Of a stretch of DNA of 64,000 nt, positions 43,424 to 53,287 are shown one piece after another. Origin of the DNA: a virus. Where the stretch lies: the IMG/VR virus record IMGVR_UViG_3300049187_000041; one strand, 5' to 3'. The notes below the pieces were generated by a model that saw only the letters and a list, made by a program, of their open reading frames with translations, was not told the DNA's origin and ran no database searches. A program made the position numbers and the translations under genes. Position 1 is the stretch's first letter; each line of letters starts with the position of its first letter.

Positions 43424-45411
43424 GCAGCGTGCCCACCCTGAACCCCATGATCAGCCGCATCGGCATCCCCGCAGCGCTGGCTGATCTCCACGGCTGGCTC
43501 TGCTGGAAGTTCGAACACCTGCCCGGCGAGCCCAAGGCCCGCAAGGTGCCGGTCTACGCCGACGGCAGCAAGCGCCGCGGCCGGCAGGGCAGCACCGAGG
43601 ACCGGGCCCGCCTCGTCACCTACGCCGACGCGATCAAGGTCGCCATGGCCCGCGGCTGGGGCGTCGGCTTCGCGCCGATGCCCGAGTGGGGCGTCACGGC
43701 CCTCGACTTCGACAACTGCGTGACCGCGGGCCGCGTGCACCCGGATGTCGAGCGTCTGGTCGCGGGCACCTACGCCGAGCTCTCACCCTCGGGCCGCGGC
43801 GTCCGCGCGTTCGTCATCGGCCAGCTCGGCAACCGCAAGGACGCCCACGGCAAGCCGTTCGGCTTCGAGACGTTCAGCAGCAAGGGCTTCACCACCGTCA
43901 CCGGCAGCCTGCTGCCCGTGTGCGAGCTGACCGACAGCGCGGGCACCGTGGCCGAGGCGTCGCCGGATCTGCTGGCCTACTGCGCCCAGCGCTTCCAGCG
44001 CGAGGCCGTCGAGACGCCCGAGGCCACGAGCGACACGCCACCGCTCGGGCTCACCCAAGACCAGTTGCAGGAAGCGCTCGACGTGCTGGACCCGTCCATG
44101 CCGCACGAGGGCTGGCTGCGCGTGGGCATGGCGCTGCACCACGAGACCAGCGGTCAAGGGTTCGCCCTGTGGGACCAGTGGAGCAGCACCGGCAGCACGT
44201 ACCCGGGCGCCGAGGCGCTGCAGGCGCGCTGGGACAGCTTCGGGCGTGGCGGCCAGTCACCCACCACCGCGCAGGCCCTGGTGCGCATGGCGAACGCCAA
44301 CGGCGCCCGCATCGACATCGCCGCGCTCGAGGCGGCCGATGACTTCGACGTCATCCCCGACACGCCCGAGAGCATCGCGGCGGCCGAAGAGAAGGCTGCC
44401 CGGTTCAAGGTCATCAGCGCTGACGAGTTCACCGGCCGGCCGCCCCCTGAGTGGCTGATCAAGGGCATCCTGCCGAAGGCCGAGCTCGTGGTGCTGTTCG
44501 GCGAGTCGGGCGCGGGTAAGTCTTTCGTCGCGCTCGATATGGCCGGCGCGCTCGACCGTGGCGTCGGGTGGCGCGGCCACCGCGTGAAGCAGTCCCGCGT
44601 GGTCTACATCGCAGCCGAGGGCGCGGGCGGCTTCCGCAACCGCATGGCCGCTTATTGCCTGCACAACAAGATCTCCCCGAAGGATCTGGGCGTCGGCGTC
44701 ATCCACGCTGCGCCGAACCTCTTGCAGAAGGACGACGCCCTCGACGTGTGCAAGGCGATCACCGCGTGGGGCGGTGCGGACGTGGTCATCGTCGACACCT
44801 TCGCGCAGACCACGCCTGGCGCCAACGAGAACGCCGCCGAGGACATGGGCAAGGCGCTCGCCCACTGCAAGGGCATCCACCGACACACCGGCGCGGTCGT
44901 GATGCTCGTCCACCACGCTGGCAAGGATGCGGCGCGCGGCGCGCGGGGCTGGTCAGGGCTCAAGGCTGCGGCCGACGCCGAGATCGAGATCACGCGCGGC
45001 GTGGGCGGTCGGATGCTGCGCACCAGCAAGCAGAAGGACGGCGAGGACGACATGAAGTTCGGGTTCGACCTGCAGCCGCTGCCCATCGGCGCGGACGCCG
45101 ACGGCGACGTGATCACGAGCTGCGTGGTCATCGAGGCCGAGTTGCCTGCAGCCGGCCAGGTGGGTGAGGCCCTGAAGCGGGCGGGGCCGGTCACCAAGGC
45201 CGTGATCGAGGTGGTCAGCGAGATCGCCGAGTCGCAGACCTCGGGCATCGAACTGAAAGCCGTGATCGAGGCGGCTGCAAAACGCTTGCCAGAACCCGAG
45301 GACGGCAAGCGCGACACCCGCAAACAGCGGTGCAGGCGCGCGGTCCTGGAACTGTGTGAAGGCGATTCGGCGCCGTACTTCCTTGAAGGCGACAGCCTTT
45401 CGATCGTTTGA
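43420..45411 (+). CDS. Primase-polymerase / PriCT-2 / AAA_25 helicase fusion
   Basis: LDFDNC, ELSPSGRGVRAF; W..VGMALH..W..WS; FGESGAGKSF, VIVDT, LVHHAGK, RGWSGL. Confidence 0.9.
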   Translation: MSSVPTLNPMISRIGIPAALADLHGWLCWKFEHLPGEPKARKVPVYADGSKRRGRQGSTEDRARLVTYADAIKVAMARGWGVGFAPMPEWGVTALDFDNCVTAGRVHPDVERLVAGTYAELSPSGRGVRAFVIGQLGNRKDAHGKPFGFETFSSKGFTTVTGSLLPVCELTDSAGTVAEASPDLLAYCAQRFQREAVETPEATSDTPPLGLTQDQLQEALDVLDPSMPHEGWLRVGMALHHETSGQGFALWDQWSSTGSTYPGAEALQARWDSFGRGGQSPTTAQALVRMANANGARIDIAALEAADDFDVIPDTPESIAAAEEKAARFKVISADEFTGRPPPEWLIKGILPKAELVVLFGESGAGKSFVALDMAGALDRGVGWRGHRVKQSRVVYIAAEGAGGFRNRMAAYCLHNKISPKDLGVGVIHAAPNLLQKDDALDVCKAITAWGGADVVIVDTFAQTTPGANENAAEDMGKALAHCKGIHRHTGAVVMLVHHAGKDAARGARGWSGLKAAADAEIEITRGVGGRMLRTSKQKDGEDDMKFGFDLQPLPIGADADGDVITSCVVIEAELPAAGQVGEALKRAGPVTKAVIEVVSEIAESQTSGIELKAVIEAAAKRLPEPEDGKRDTRKQRCRRAVLELCEGDSAPYFLEGDSLSIV

Positions 45412-45460
45412 AGGGGGCCAACGTGTTGAAAACTTCAAGCAAAGATTCGCGGATTGGGTT

Positions 45461-45590
45461 TGCAACACTGCAACACGGCTGCAACGTTGCACTTTTGTTG
45501 CTGTTGCGTGGTCCGAAAACTGGCAACACAACACAACAACCCTTTAGGAGTTGTTGTTGTGTTGCAGTTGCACGGGGGTTTGTTGCCCCT
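45461..45590. repeat. TGCAAC/CAACA repeats and inverted repeat (probable ori)
   Basis: TGCAACAC x2; GCAACACAACACAACAAC ... GTTGTTGTTGTGTTGC; AT-rich; directly after primase. Confidence 0.65.
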
Positions 45591-45673
45591 TTTCTGCTGA
45601 AAAAAGCTCGTTCGATCACTCGGACGGTGGCCGACTTTCAATGCGCAAATTTCCGCGCGCCGCGGGGCGCCGC

Positions 45674-45982
45674 ATGAAACTTGTAGCAATCAACGAGAAC
45701 GGCAAACGCATGGGCGAGAGCCATGGCCGGGCCAAGCTGACCGATCACGATGTGGAGTTGATCCAGTCCCTGCTTGAGGCCCGCGACCTGCTGCTCGCCG
45801 AGTACACGAAGGTCGGCCTGGCCCGCGGCTTCGTGCACCGGGTGCTGAACGAGAAGCAACTGTCTTATGCCTGGATCGCCGAGAAGTTCGAGGTGAGCAA
45901 GTCGCTGATCAAGGGCATCCACGACGGCAAGGTGAGGGCGCGGCCTGCGGTGCGGTGGAAGCGGGTCGTCGAGTGCACATAG
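45674..45982 (+). CDS. HTH protein, candidate late-gene activator
   Basis: GESHGRAKLT; LSYAWIAEKFEVSKSLI HTH; directly upstream of terS promoter motif. Confidence 0.6.
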   Translation: MKLVAINENGKRMGESHGRAKLTDHDVELIQSLLEARDLLLAEYTKVGLARGFVHRVLNEKQLSYAWIAEKFEVSKSLIKGIHDGKVRARPAVRWKRVVECT

Positions 45983-46004
45983 CCTGCTAATGGGCCGCTA
46001 AATT
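45973..46004 (+). promoter_or_regulatory. Phage 2 late-promoter motif, copy 1
   Basis: GTGCACATAGC-N15-TAAATT. Confidence 0.7.
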
Positions 46005-46014
46005 CGGCCGGGCT

Positions 46015-46488
46015 ATGGAAGCCCCTGACCCGCCCGAATCGGACGCCCTGACCGCCATTGAGCGCGAAGAGGCGCGCGAGCACCGTCTCTTCGAGGACGC
46101 CCTGCCACTGCCCAATCAGCGCAAAGAACTGCGCAAGGCAGCGGCGATCGAGATGATGGCCGCGGGCATGGGGCCGAGCGAGGTGGCCGCAGCGATCGGC
46201 GTGAACCGCGTGACGCTGTTCCGCTGGCGTCAGGAAGACCCGACGTTCGACGAGCGGCTGACGGCCGCGCTGAACGTGACCCTCGAAAAGCTCAAGCGTG
46301 AGGCCGAGCGCCGCGCCGTGAACGGCAGCGACAAACTGCTCATGTTCCTGCTTGAGCGCTACGACCCCGCGACCTTCCACCTCGCGCAGAAGCTCGAGCA
46401 CAGCGGCGCCGTGGACCTGGCGAGCGCGGTGCTCGCGGGCCGTCGGCGTGCGGCCGTGGATGACGAGCCCGGCAGCGACCTGGTCTGA
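46015..46488 (+). CDS. terS: Terminase small subunit
   Basis: HTH (GVNRVTLFRWRQEDP.F); SDKLLMFLL; upstream of terL. Confidence 0.8.
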   Translation: MEAPDPPESDALTAIEREEAREHRLFEDALPLPNQRKELRKAAAIEMMAAGMGPSEVAAAIGVNRVTLFRWRQEDPTFDERLTAALNVTLEKLKREAERRAVNGSDKLLMFLLERYDPATFHLAQKLEHSGAVDLASAVLAGRRRAAVDDEPGSDLV

Positions 46489-48059
46489 TGAACCCCGAGC
46501 TGCAACTCGCCACCGACATCGGCGGCTTCTATGACGACCCGCTAGCCTTCGTCCTTTACGCGTATCCCTGGGACACCGACCCGAGCATCCAGATCGTCGA
46601 GCTCGAGTCACCCTACCGCGAGCGCTTCGGCTGTGAGTTCGGGCCCGACCGCTGGGCGTGCGAGTTCCTGGACTGGCTCGGCGACGAGATCAAGGCCCGC
46701 GGCTTCGACGGCGTGAGCGCTGTTGCCCCGATCCAGGCCGCGGTGTCCTCGGGTCACGGCATCGGCAAGTCGGCGATGGCCGCATGGCTGACCCACTTCA
46801 TCATGTCCACGCGCCCGCACAGCAAGGGCGTGATCACGGCCAACACCGCCGAGCAGTTGGCCTCGAAGACCTGGGCCGGCGTGTCGGCGTGGGTCAAGCG
46901 ATCCGTGAATGCGCACTGGTTCACCATCACGACCGGCAAGGGTGCCATGCGGATGGTGCACAACGACTACCCCGACACCTGGCGTGTCGATGCGCAGACC
47001 AGCCGCGAAGAGAACAGCGAGTCGTTCGCCGGCTTGCACGCAGCATCCTCGACGCCCTGGTATCTGTTCGACGAGGCCTCGGCCATCCCGTCGAAGATCT
47101 GGGAAGTGGCCGAGGGCGGCAAGACCGACGGCGAGCCGATGCACTTCGTCTTCGGCAACCCGACCCGCAACACCGGCGCGTTCGCCGAGTGCTTCGGCAA
47201 GCAGCGCCACAGGTGGAAGACCTGGCAGATCGACAGCCGTCGGGTCAAGATCACCAACAAGACGCTGATTGCCGGCTGGGTCAGGGATTACGGCGAGGAC
47301 AGCGACTTCGTGCGCGTGCGCGTGCGCGGCGTGTTCCCGCGGGCCAGCAGCATGCAGTTCATCGGCCGCGACCTGGTCGACGATGCGATGACGCGCGACA
47401 TGCACGCCTACAGCCCGCACACCCGCGTGGCCCTGGTCGGCGTGGACGTGGCGCGCTTCGGCGGCGACGAGTCGACGATCTACACGCGCATGCAGCGCGA
47501 CGCCCGCACGTACCCGCCCAAGGCGTTCCGCGAGCTGGACACGATGCAGCTCGCCGCGCAGGTCGGCGAGCACATCAACGAGCTCAAGGCCCTGGGCCTG
47601 CGCGTGATCGCGTTCGTCGACGGCGGCGGCATCGGTGGCGGGGTGATCGACCGGCTGCGCCAGCTCGGGCACGAGGTGATCGAGGTGAACTTCGGCGGCA
47701 AGCCCGACGACCCGAAGCGGTACGTCAACAAGGCGGCCGAGATGTGGGACCGCGTCAAGGCCTGGCTGCCCACGGGCTACCTGCCCGAGCCCGAGTCGGA
47801 ATACGGCGAGACGCTGGCCACGGACCTGACGGGCCGCGAGTACGGCTTCAACGACGCGTCGCAGATCGTGCTCGAAAAGAAGGAGCACATGAAGGAGCGC
47901 GGGCTCGCCAGCCCCGACCACGCCGACGGCCTATGCCTCACGTTCGCGCACCCGGCGATGGAACTGATGCCCGTGCCCGACGGCACGCTGGGGGCACGGG
48001 GTGCACATAGCGCAAGTCGGCGCCAACACAATCCGTTTGCGAAGAACCGTCTTCGATAA
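46488..48059 (+). CDS. terL: Terminase large subunit
   Basis: SSGHGIGKS, LFDEAS, GNPTRNTG, GVDVARFGGD, SPDHAD; homologous to 4388-5863. Confidence 0.95.
   Translation: MNPELQLATDIGGFYDDPLAFVLYAYPWDTDPSIQIVELESPYRERFGCEFGPDRWACEFLDWLGDEIKARGFDGVSAVAPIQAAVSSGHGIGKSAMAAWLTHFIMSTRPHSKGVITANTAEQLASKTWAGVSAWVKRSVNAHWFTITTGKGAMRMVHNDYPDTWRVDAQTSREENSESFAGLHAASSTPWYLFDEASAIPSKIWEVAEGGKTDGEPMHFVFGNPTRNTGAFAECFGKQRHRWKTWQIDSRRVKITNKTLIAGWVRDYGEDSDFVRVRVRGVFPRASSMQFIGRDLVDDAMTRDMHAYSPHTRVALVGVDVARFGGDESTIYTRMQRDARTYPPKAFRELDTMQLAAQVGEHINELKALGLRVIAFVDGGGIGGGVIDRLRQLGHEVIEVNFGGKPDDPKRYVNKAAEMWDRVKAWLPTGYLPEPESEYGETLATDLTGREYGFNDASQIVLEKKEHMKERGLASPDHADGLCLTFAHPAMELMPVPDGTLGARGAHSASRRQHNPFAKNRLR
48001..48032 (+). 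promoter_or_regulatory. Phage 2 late-promoter motif, copy 2
   Basis: GTGCACATAGC-N15-CACAAT. Confidence 0.72.
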
Positions 48060-48070
48060 CCCCCATTGCG

Positions 48071-48403
48071 ATGTGCACAGGATCAAAATCGACAGCCACG
48101 CTACTCGGATTCGGTGACAACGCGATCGGCCGGGTGAACAGTCTGCTCGATCCCGGTACCGCGGCACTCGTGACGGGGGACAAGGGCAAGCTCGATCCGC
48201 TTCACCTCGTGATGAAGAAGCCCTTGCCGCCTCCGCCGAAGCCGCCCGCGCCGCCGCAAGGCGCCAAGACCCCCGACACCACACCGCTGAAGCGGCGCAA
48301 CACGTCGGCAGGGCTCGCGGGCAGTTCGACCATGCTCACCGGCGTCTCGGGCGTCGAGCGCTCACAACTCAATCTCGGCGGGTCCAGCCTGCTGGGCGGC
48401 TGA
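48071..48403 (+). CDS. Small virion protein, paralog A
   Basis: MC start; PDTTPLKRRN...STMLTG...LNLG.SSLLGG. Confidence 0.7.
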   Translation: MCTGSKSTATLLGFGDNAIGRVNSLLDPGTAALVTGDKGKLDPLHLVMKKPLPPPPKPPAPPQGAKTPDTTPLKRRNTSAGLAGSSTMLTGVSGVERSQLNLGGSSLLGG

Positions 48404-48405
48404 CC

Positions 48406-48636
48406 ATGTGCCTGGGTGGTAGCGACATCCCCGACGCGCCGAAGCCGCCTCCGCCGCCACAAGCGGCCAAGGCGCCGGACACCACACCGCTGAAGCGGCG
48501 CAACGCCGGCGGCGGTGGCGTGTCGATGCCCACGGGCTCGACCATGCTCACCGGCAGTTCAGGCATCACCGCGGCACAGCTGAACCTCGGCGCGTCCAGC
48601 CTGCTGGGCGGCGACCCGGCCACGGGCCCCAAATGA
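48406..48636 (+). CDS. Small virion protein, paralog B
   Basis: MCLGG start; same C-terminal motif as paralog A. Confidence 0.75.
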   Translation: MCLGGSDIPDAPKPPPPPQAAKAPDTTPLKRRNAGGGGVSMPTGSTMLTGSSGITAAQLNLGASSLLGGDPATGPK

Positions 48637-50354
48637 ACCAGAACACCGACCCCCGCACCCCACAGCAGCGCATGCTGCAGCGGAAGAACTCGCTGTGGAA
48701 CGACCGCAGCAGCTACGACTCGCACGCGCAGGACATCGCCGACTTCCTGCTGCCGCGGGCCGTGCGCTTGGACACGAGCGACCGCAACAAGGGCGGCAGC
48801 GACAGCTACAACTCGATCATCGACGAGACCGGCACGCTCGCACACGGCGTGCTCGAAGCGGGCCTCATGGCCGGTATGACCAGCCCGGCGCGCCCGTGGG
48901 TCAAGCTCGCGACACCTGACCGCGACCTGATGGAGTTCGCGCCGGTGAAGGCCTGGCTGTCGAAGGTCACGCTGAAGATGCTGCAGATCTTCGCGAAGTC
49001 GAACACCTACCGCGCGTTCCGCAGCACCTACGGCCAGCTCGGCGGCTTCGGCGTCGGCGCGAACATCGTGGTCGACAACTACCAGAACGTGCTGCACAAC
49101 TATCCGCTCGCGTTCGGGCAGTACGCGATCGGCCTGAACCACCTGGGCCAGGCCGACACGGTCTACCGCACGATGACCAAGACCGTCGGCCAACTGGTCG
49201 GCGAGTTCGGTCTGGAGAACTGCTCGCAGACCGTGCGCAACCTGTGGGACAAGCACAGCTACGACGCCCCGGTCCCGGTACTGCACGCCATCGAGCCGCG
49301 ACGCGACCGCGACTACAGCAAGCACGACGCGAAGAACATGGCGTTCAAGTCGTGCTATCTCGAGATGGGCCGCGACGGCGAGCAGAAATACCTGCGCGAG
49401 TCGGGGTTCAAGGAGTTCCCCGCCATCTGCCCGCGCTGGCTGGTCGACGGCGACGACACCTATGCCTCGCGCTGGCCGGCGGCCATCGCGCTGGGTTCGA
49501 TCAAGCAGCTTCAGCAGGAGCAGTTGAAGAAGAGCACGGCCATCGACTACCAGGTCGAGCCACCGCTGCAGGTGCCGATCGCCTACAAGAACCAGGACAT
49601 CGACCGGCTGCCCGGCGGCGTGATGTACGTGGACGTGAACAGCCCAACCGGCGGCGTCCGCTCGGCGTTCGAGGTGAACCTGAACCTGCAGCACCTGCTG
49701 CTCGACATCCAGGATGTGCGCGACCGCATCAATAAGGCCTTCTTCGTCGACCTGTTCAAGATGCTGGCGAACGACACGCGCAGCAACGTCACGGCGCGCG
49801 AGATCGCCGAGCGGCACGAAGAGAAGCTGCTGATGCTGGGCCCGGTGCTGGAAAGCCTTCACACCGAGATGCTGCAGCCCTTCGTCGAGATCACGTTCGC
49901 GAAGATGATGCGGGCCGGCCTGTTCGCGCCCGGCATGCCGCTGGAGCCGCCCGCCGAACTGCATGGCCAAGACCTCGACATCGAGTTCATCAGCACGCTG
50001 GCGCAAGCACAGCGTGCCGTCGGCACCGCAGCCGTCGACCGGGTCATCGGCACGATCGCCTCGATGTCGGCCATCTGGCCGCAGGCCGTCGACAAGCTCG
50101 ACCCGGACCAGGCCGTCGACGCCTACAGCGACATGCTGGGCGTCGACCCCTCGCTGATCGTGGCCGACGACAAGGTCGCGCTGATCCGTAAGGCCAAGGC
50201 CCAGCAGCAACAGGTCGCGCAGCTCGCCGCGATGGCGCCGGCAATGAAGGACATGGCCGGCGCGGCCAAGGACTTGAGCCAGGCCGATCCCGAGGGCATG
50301 CAGAGCGCGGCCTCGGCGTTCAGTGGCTACAGCGTGCCGGGGATGGGGCGATGA
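48633..50354 (+). CDS. Portal (head-to-tail connector), BPP-1 type
   Basis: 573 aa; SPARPW, TAREI.ER.EEKL.MLGPVL, IEFISTLAQAQ. Confidence 0.93.
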   Translation: MNQNTDPRTPQQRMLQRKNSLWNDRSSYDSHAQDIADFLLPRAVRLDTSDRNKGGSDSYNSIIDETGTLAHGVLEAGLMAGMTSPARPWVKLATPDRDLMEFAPVKAWLSKVTLKMLQIFAKSNTYRAFRSTYGQLGGFGVGANIVVDNYQNVLHNYPLAFGQYAIGLNHLGQADTVYRTMTKTVGQLVGEFGLENCSQTVRNLWDKHSYDAPVPVLHAIEPRRDRDYSKHDAKNMAFKSCYLEMGRDGEQKYLRESGFKEFPAICPRWLVDGDDTYASRWPAAIALGSIKQLQQEQLKKSTAIDYQVEPPLQVPIAYKNQDIDRLPGGVMYVDVNSPTGGVRSAFEVNLNLQHLLLDIQDVRDRINKAFFVDLFKMLANDTRSNVTAREIAERHEEKLLMLGPVLESLHTEMLQPFVEITFAKMMRAGLFAPGMPLEPPAELHGQDLDIEFISTLAQAQRAVGTAAVDRVIGTIASMSAIWPQAVDKLDPDQAVDAYSDMLGVDPSLIVADDKVALIRKAKAQQQQVAQLAAMAPAMKDMAGAAKDLSQADPEGMQSAASAFSGYSVPGMGR

Positions 50355-50671
50355 GCGAGCAGCACGACCCGTTCGCCCAGCGCGAGCAGCGCGAGGACGC
50401 CGACCGCCGCAAGTTCATCGCGCAGGAGCAGCAGCGCGAGGACATGGCGTGGCTGATGGCCGACCCGCGCGGCCGGCGGCTGATGTGGTCATGGCTGGAG
50501 TTCTGTGGCGTGCGCCGCACCAGCATGACCGGCAACTCGCAGACGTTTTTCCTCGAAGGCCAGCGCAACGTCGGCCTGATGCTGGAGGCGAACATCCTCA
50601 CGCACACGCCCGAGCAGTGGCTGCGCATGGTCAACGAAGGCCAGGAACTGCGCAAGAAAGCACCCGCTTAA
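50351..50671 (+). CDS. Bbp19-like small head protein
   Basis: WLM.DPRGRR; FFLEGQRNVGL. Confidence 0.85.
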   Translation: MSEQHDPFAQREQREDADRRKFIAQEQQREDMAWLMADPRGRRLMWSWLEFCGVRRTSMTGNSQTFFLEGQRNVGLMLEANILTHTPEQWLRMVNEGQELRKKAPA

Positions 50672-50676
50672 ACGGC

Positions 50677-50708
50677 GTGCACTTAGCGCGCGGATGTGAT
50701 CCCACAAT
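50677..50708 (+). promoter_or_regulatory. Phage 2 late-promoter motif, copy 3
   Basis: GTGCACTTAGC-N15-CACAAT. Confidence 0.72.
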
Positions 50709-50716
50709 TTCGCGCC

Positions 50717-51415
50717 ATGGACACCACGTCTCCCGAATCTCTGCTCACAAGCGGCCAAGAATCCACTGCTGCCACGGGTGAACAGGCAACCACCGACGCG
50801 ACCACAACCGCGGCAGGTGCGGCGGCTGACGCGACGAAGACCGAAGGGTCTGCCGGCGCAGCCGATGACGGCAAGGGCACCACTGAAGCCAAGACCGAGG
50901 AAGCGAAGGAAGGCGACAAGCCGACCGGCGCACCCGAGGCCTACGAGGCTTTCACGATGCCCGAGGGCTACGAACTCGACGCCGAGCTGCTCGGCGAGTT
51001 CAGCCCGGTGCTGAAGGAACTGGACCTCTCGCAAGAGGCCGCGCAGAAGGTCATCGACTTCGCGCCGAAGCTGATCGAGAAGACCGTCGCGGCAACGCAG
51101 GCGGCCACCCTCGAAAGCCTCGGCCTGAAGGACGCGGGCACCTGGGCGGCTGCCGTGCGCGCGGACAAGGAGATCGGCGGCGACAAGCTGGCCGAAAACC
51201 TCGCCGTCGCGAACAAGGCGCTCGGCAATTTCTTCAGCAAAGACGCCATCTCCGCACTGCAGAAGACCGGCTTGGGGAACCACCCCGAGTTGATCCGCGG
51301 CCTCGTGAGGGTGGGCAAGGCGATCAGCGAAGACTCGTTCGTGCCAGGCGGCAAGAACACCTCGCCCGAGAGCCCCGCCACGCGCATCTACAGCGCGTCG
51401 AACATGAACCCGTGA
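50717..51415 (+). CDS. Capsid scaffolding protein
   Basis: GAPEAYE.F; D.EIGG.K; GLGNHP.LIR. Confidence 0.85.
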   Translation: MDTTSPESLLTSGQESTAATGEQATTDATTTAAGAAADATKTEGSAGAADDGKGTTEAKTEEAKEGDKPTGAPEAYEAFTMPEGYELDAELLGEFSPVLKELDLSQEAAQKVIDFAPKLIEKTVAATQAATLESLGLKDAGTWAAAVRADKEIGGDKLAENLAVANKALGNFFSKDAISALQKTGLGNHPELIRGLVRVGKAISEDSFVPGGKNTSPESPATRIYSASNMNP

Positions 51416-51432
51416 CCTGAAAGGCCACCGCA

Positions 51433-52431
51433 ATGACCACTCTCGCCACCACCCACCCGACGCTGCTCGACCTGAAGTCGCGCCTCGACTCGAAGGGCAA
51501 CGTGATCCCGGTCATCGAGATGTTGGCGCAGACCAACGAGATCCTCGACGACGCCGTTTTCCTCGAAGCCAACGAGCTGACCGGCCACACGACCAGCGTG
51601 CGCACCGGCATCCCCGAGCCCACCTGGCGCAAGCTGTACGGCGGCGTGCAGCCGACCAAGAGCACCAGCGTCAAGGTCCGCGAGGGCCTGGGCATGCTGG
51701 AGAACTACGCCGAAGTCGACAAGGCCCTGGCCGACCTGAACGGCAACAGCGCCGCGTGGCGCCTGTCGGAAGAGAGCGCGATCATCGAAGGCTTCGGCCA
51801 GAAGCTGGCGCGCTACATGATCTACGGCAACGAGGCCACCGAGCCCGAAGGCTTCACCGGCCTGGCCCCGCGCTTCAACGACCAGTCCGCGGTCAACGGC
51901 GAGAACATCCTCACGTCGGCCGCGACGCCGGACGGCACCGACAACACCTCGCTGTGGGTGGTCGTGTGGGGGCCGAACACCTGCCACATGGTCTACCCCA
52001 AGGGCTCGCAAGCCGGCCTGCAGATCAGCGACAAGGGCCAGGTCACGATCGAGAACGTCGACGGCGCCGGCGGCCGTATGGAAGCGTACCGGACGCACTA
52101 CCGCTGGGATGCCGGCATGGTGGTGCGCGACTGGCGCTACGTCGTGCGCGTGAACTACGACCTCGAAGACGTGGTGAAGTCGGGCGCCACGGGCCCCGTG
52201 CTGGCCGACATGCTGGCGAAGGCGCTGCGTCGCATCCCGAACCTGAACATGGGCCGGCCGGCGATCTACATGAACCGCGACTCGCTCGACGCGTTCGACC
52301 TGCAGAGCAACAACATGCCCCTGCTGCAGTTCAAGACGCAGGAAGAGGCGCAAGGCAAGTTCGTGACCCGCTTCCGCGGCGTCCCGATCCGCCGCGTCGA
52401 TCAGATCCTGTCCAACGAAGCGGGCATCTAA
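51433..52431 (+). CDS. Major capsid protein (BPP-1-like)
   Basis: PTLLD; E.L.QTNEIL.D; F.GL..R; FRGVPIRRVD. Confidence 0.9.
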   Translation: MTTLATTHPTLLDLKSRLDSKGNVIPVIEMLAQTNEILDDAVFLEANELTGHTTSVRTGIPEPTWRKLYGGVQPTKSTSVKVREGLGMLENYAEVDKALADLNGNSAAWRLSEESAIIEGFGQKLARYMIYGNEATEPEGFTGLAPRFNDQSAVNGENILTSAATPDGTDNTSLWVVVWGPNTCHMVYPKGSQAGLQISDKGQVTIENVDGAGGRMEAYRTHYRWDAGMVVRDWRYVVRVNYDLEDVVKSGATGPVLADMLAKALRRIPNLNMGRPAIYMNRDSLDAFDLQSNNMPLLQFKTQEEAQGKFVTRFRGVPIRRVDQILSNEAGI

Positions 52432-52456
52432 GCCGGCGCCCGAAAGGAAAATCACC

Positions 52457-52942
52457 ATGATTCTCGACGAACGCAATGAGTTCGCAGATGCCGTATCGGT
52501 GGCGGCAGCCGCCGGCACCGCCCTGATCGGCGACGTGATCGACCTCAAGCCGTCGACCACGAACCCGAACACCACGGTGGACCTGGAAGGGTCCGACCTG
52601 TATCTCGTGATCCAGACGGACACCGAGATCATTACCGGCGGCGCGGCCGGCACGCTGCAATTCAAGCTGTCGAGCGACGCACAAGCGGCCATCGCTACCG
52701 ACGGCTCGGCGACCGATCACATCGTCACGGCGTCGTTCGTGACCGACGACGCGGCGGCCAACTCGGCGGCGCTGAACGCCGGCGGGCTGATCTACTGCGG
52801 CAAGTTGCCGAGCGGCAGCTACGAGCGCTATCTCGGCATCCTGGCTGTGACCGGCACGACCACCACGACCGCCGGCAAGATCAACGCGTTCCTGACCAGC
52901 GACCCGGCGCTCTACCGCGCCTACGCTGACAACGTGGCCTGA
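52457..52942 (+). CDS. Capsid cement protein (Bbp16-like)
   Basis: MILDE.NEF; RYL; TAGKINAFL. Confidence 0.8.
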   Translation: MILDERNEFADAVSVAAAAGTALIGDVIDLKPSTTNPNTTVDLEGSDLYLVIQTDTEIITGGAAGTLQFKLSSDAQAAIATDGSATDHIVTASFVTDDAAANSAALNAGGLIYCGKLPSGSYERYLGILAVTGTTTTTAGKINAFLTSDPALYRAYADNVA

Positions 52943-52944
52943 TC

Positions 52945-53220
52945 ATGAGCGAGCAAAAACCCTCTGAGCCGATCACGCTGGTGGCTGTCGAGCGTGGCTT
53001 CGCGATGGGCCGCCTGATCGAGCCCGGCACGAGGTTCCAGTTCAACCCCGTGGGCAGCGACGGCAAGCCGCGCAAGCTGCCCAAGTGGGCGGCCCCGGTC
53101 GGCGACGCGCGCCTGAGCAAGCCCAAGCCGCAAGTCGGCGACCTGAAGCCCAAGGACGCGCAAGCGGCCGTCAAGCAGAAGGCCGGGCAGCTCGCGGGCG
53201 GCGGGTCGGACCTGGCCTAA
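52945..53220 (+). CDS. Small hypothetical head-region protein
   Basis: RGF..G.L..PG.RF...KLPKW. Confidence 0.7.
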   Translation: MSEQKPSEPITLVAVERGFAMGRLIEPGTRFQFNPVGSDGKPRKLPKWAAPVGDARLSKPKPQVGDLKPKDAQAAVKQKAGQLAGGGSDLA

Positions 53221-53241
53221 GTTTTCCGGCAAGCAGTTGCC

Positions 53242-53271
53242 AATGGGCCGCCTCTGAGCGGCCCATTTTTT
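53242..53271 (+). terminator. Rho-independent terminator
   Basis: AATGGGCCGC-CTCTGA-GCGGCCCATT followed by T-run. Confidence 0.85.
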
Positions 53272-53287
53272 CTGAAGGACTAGAACC

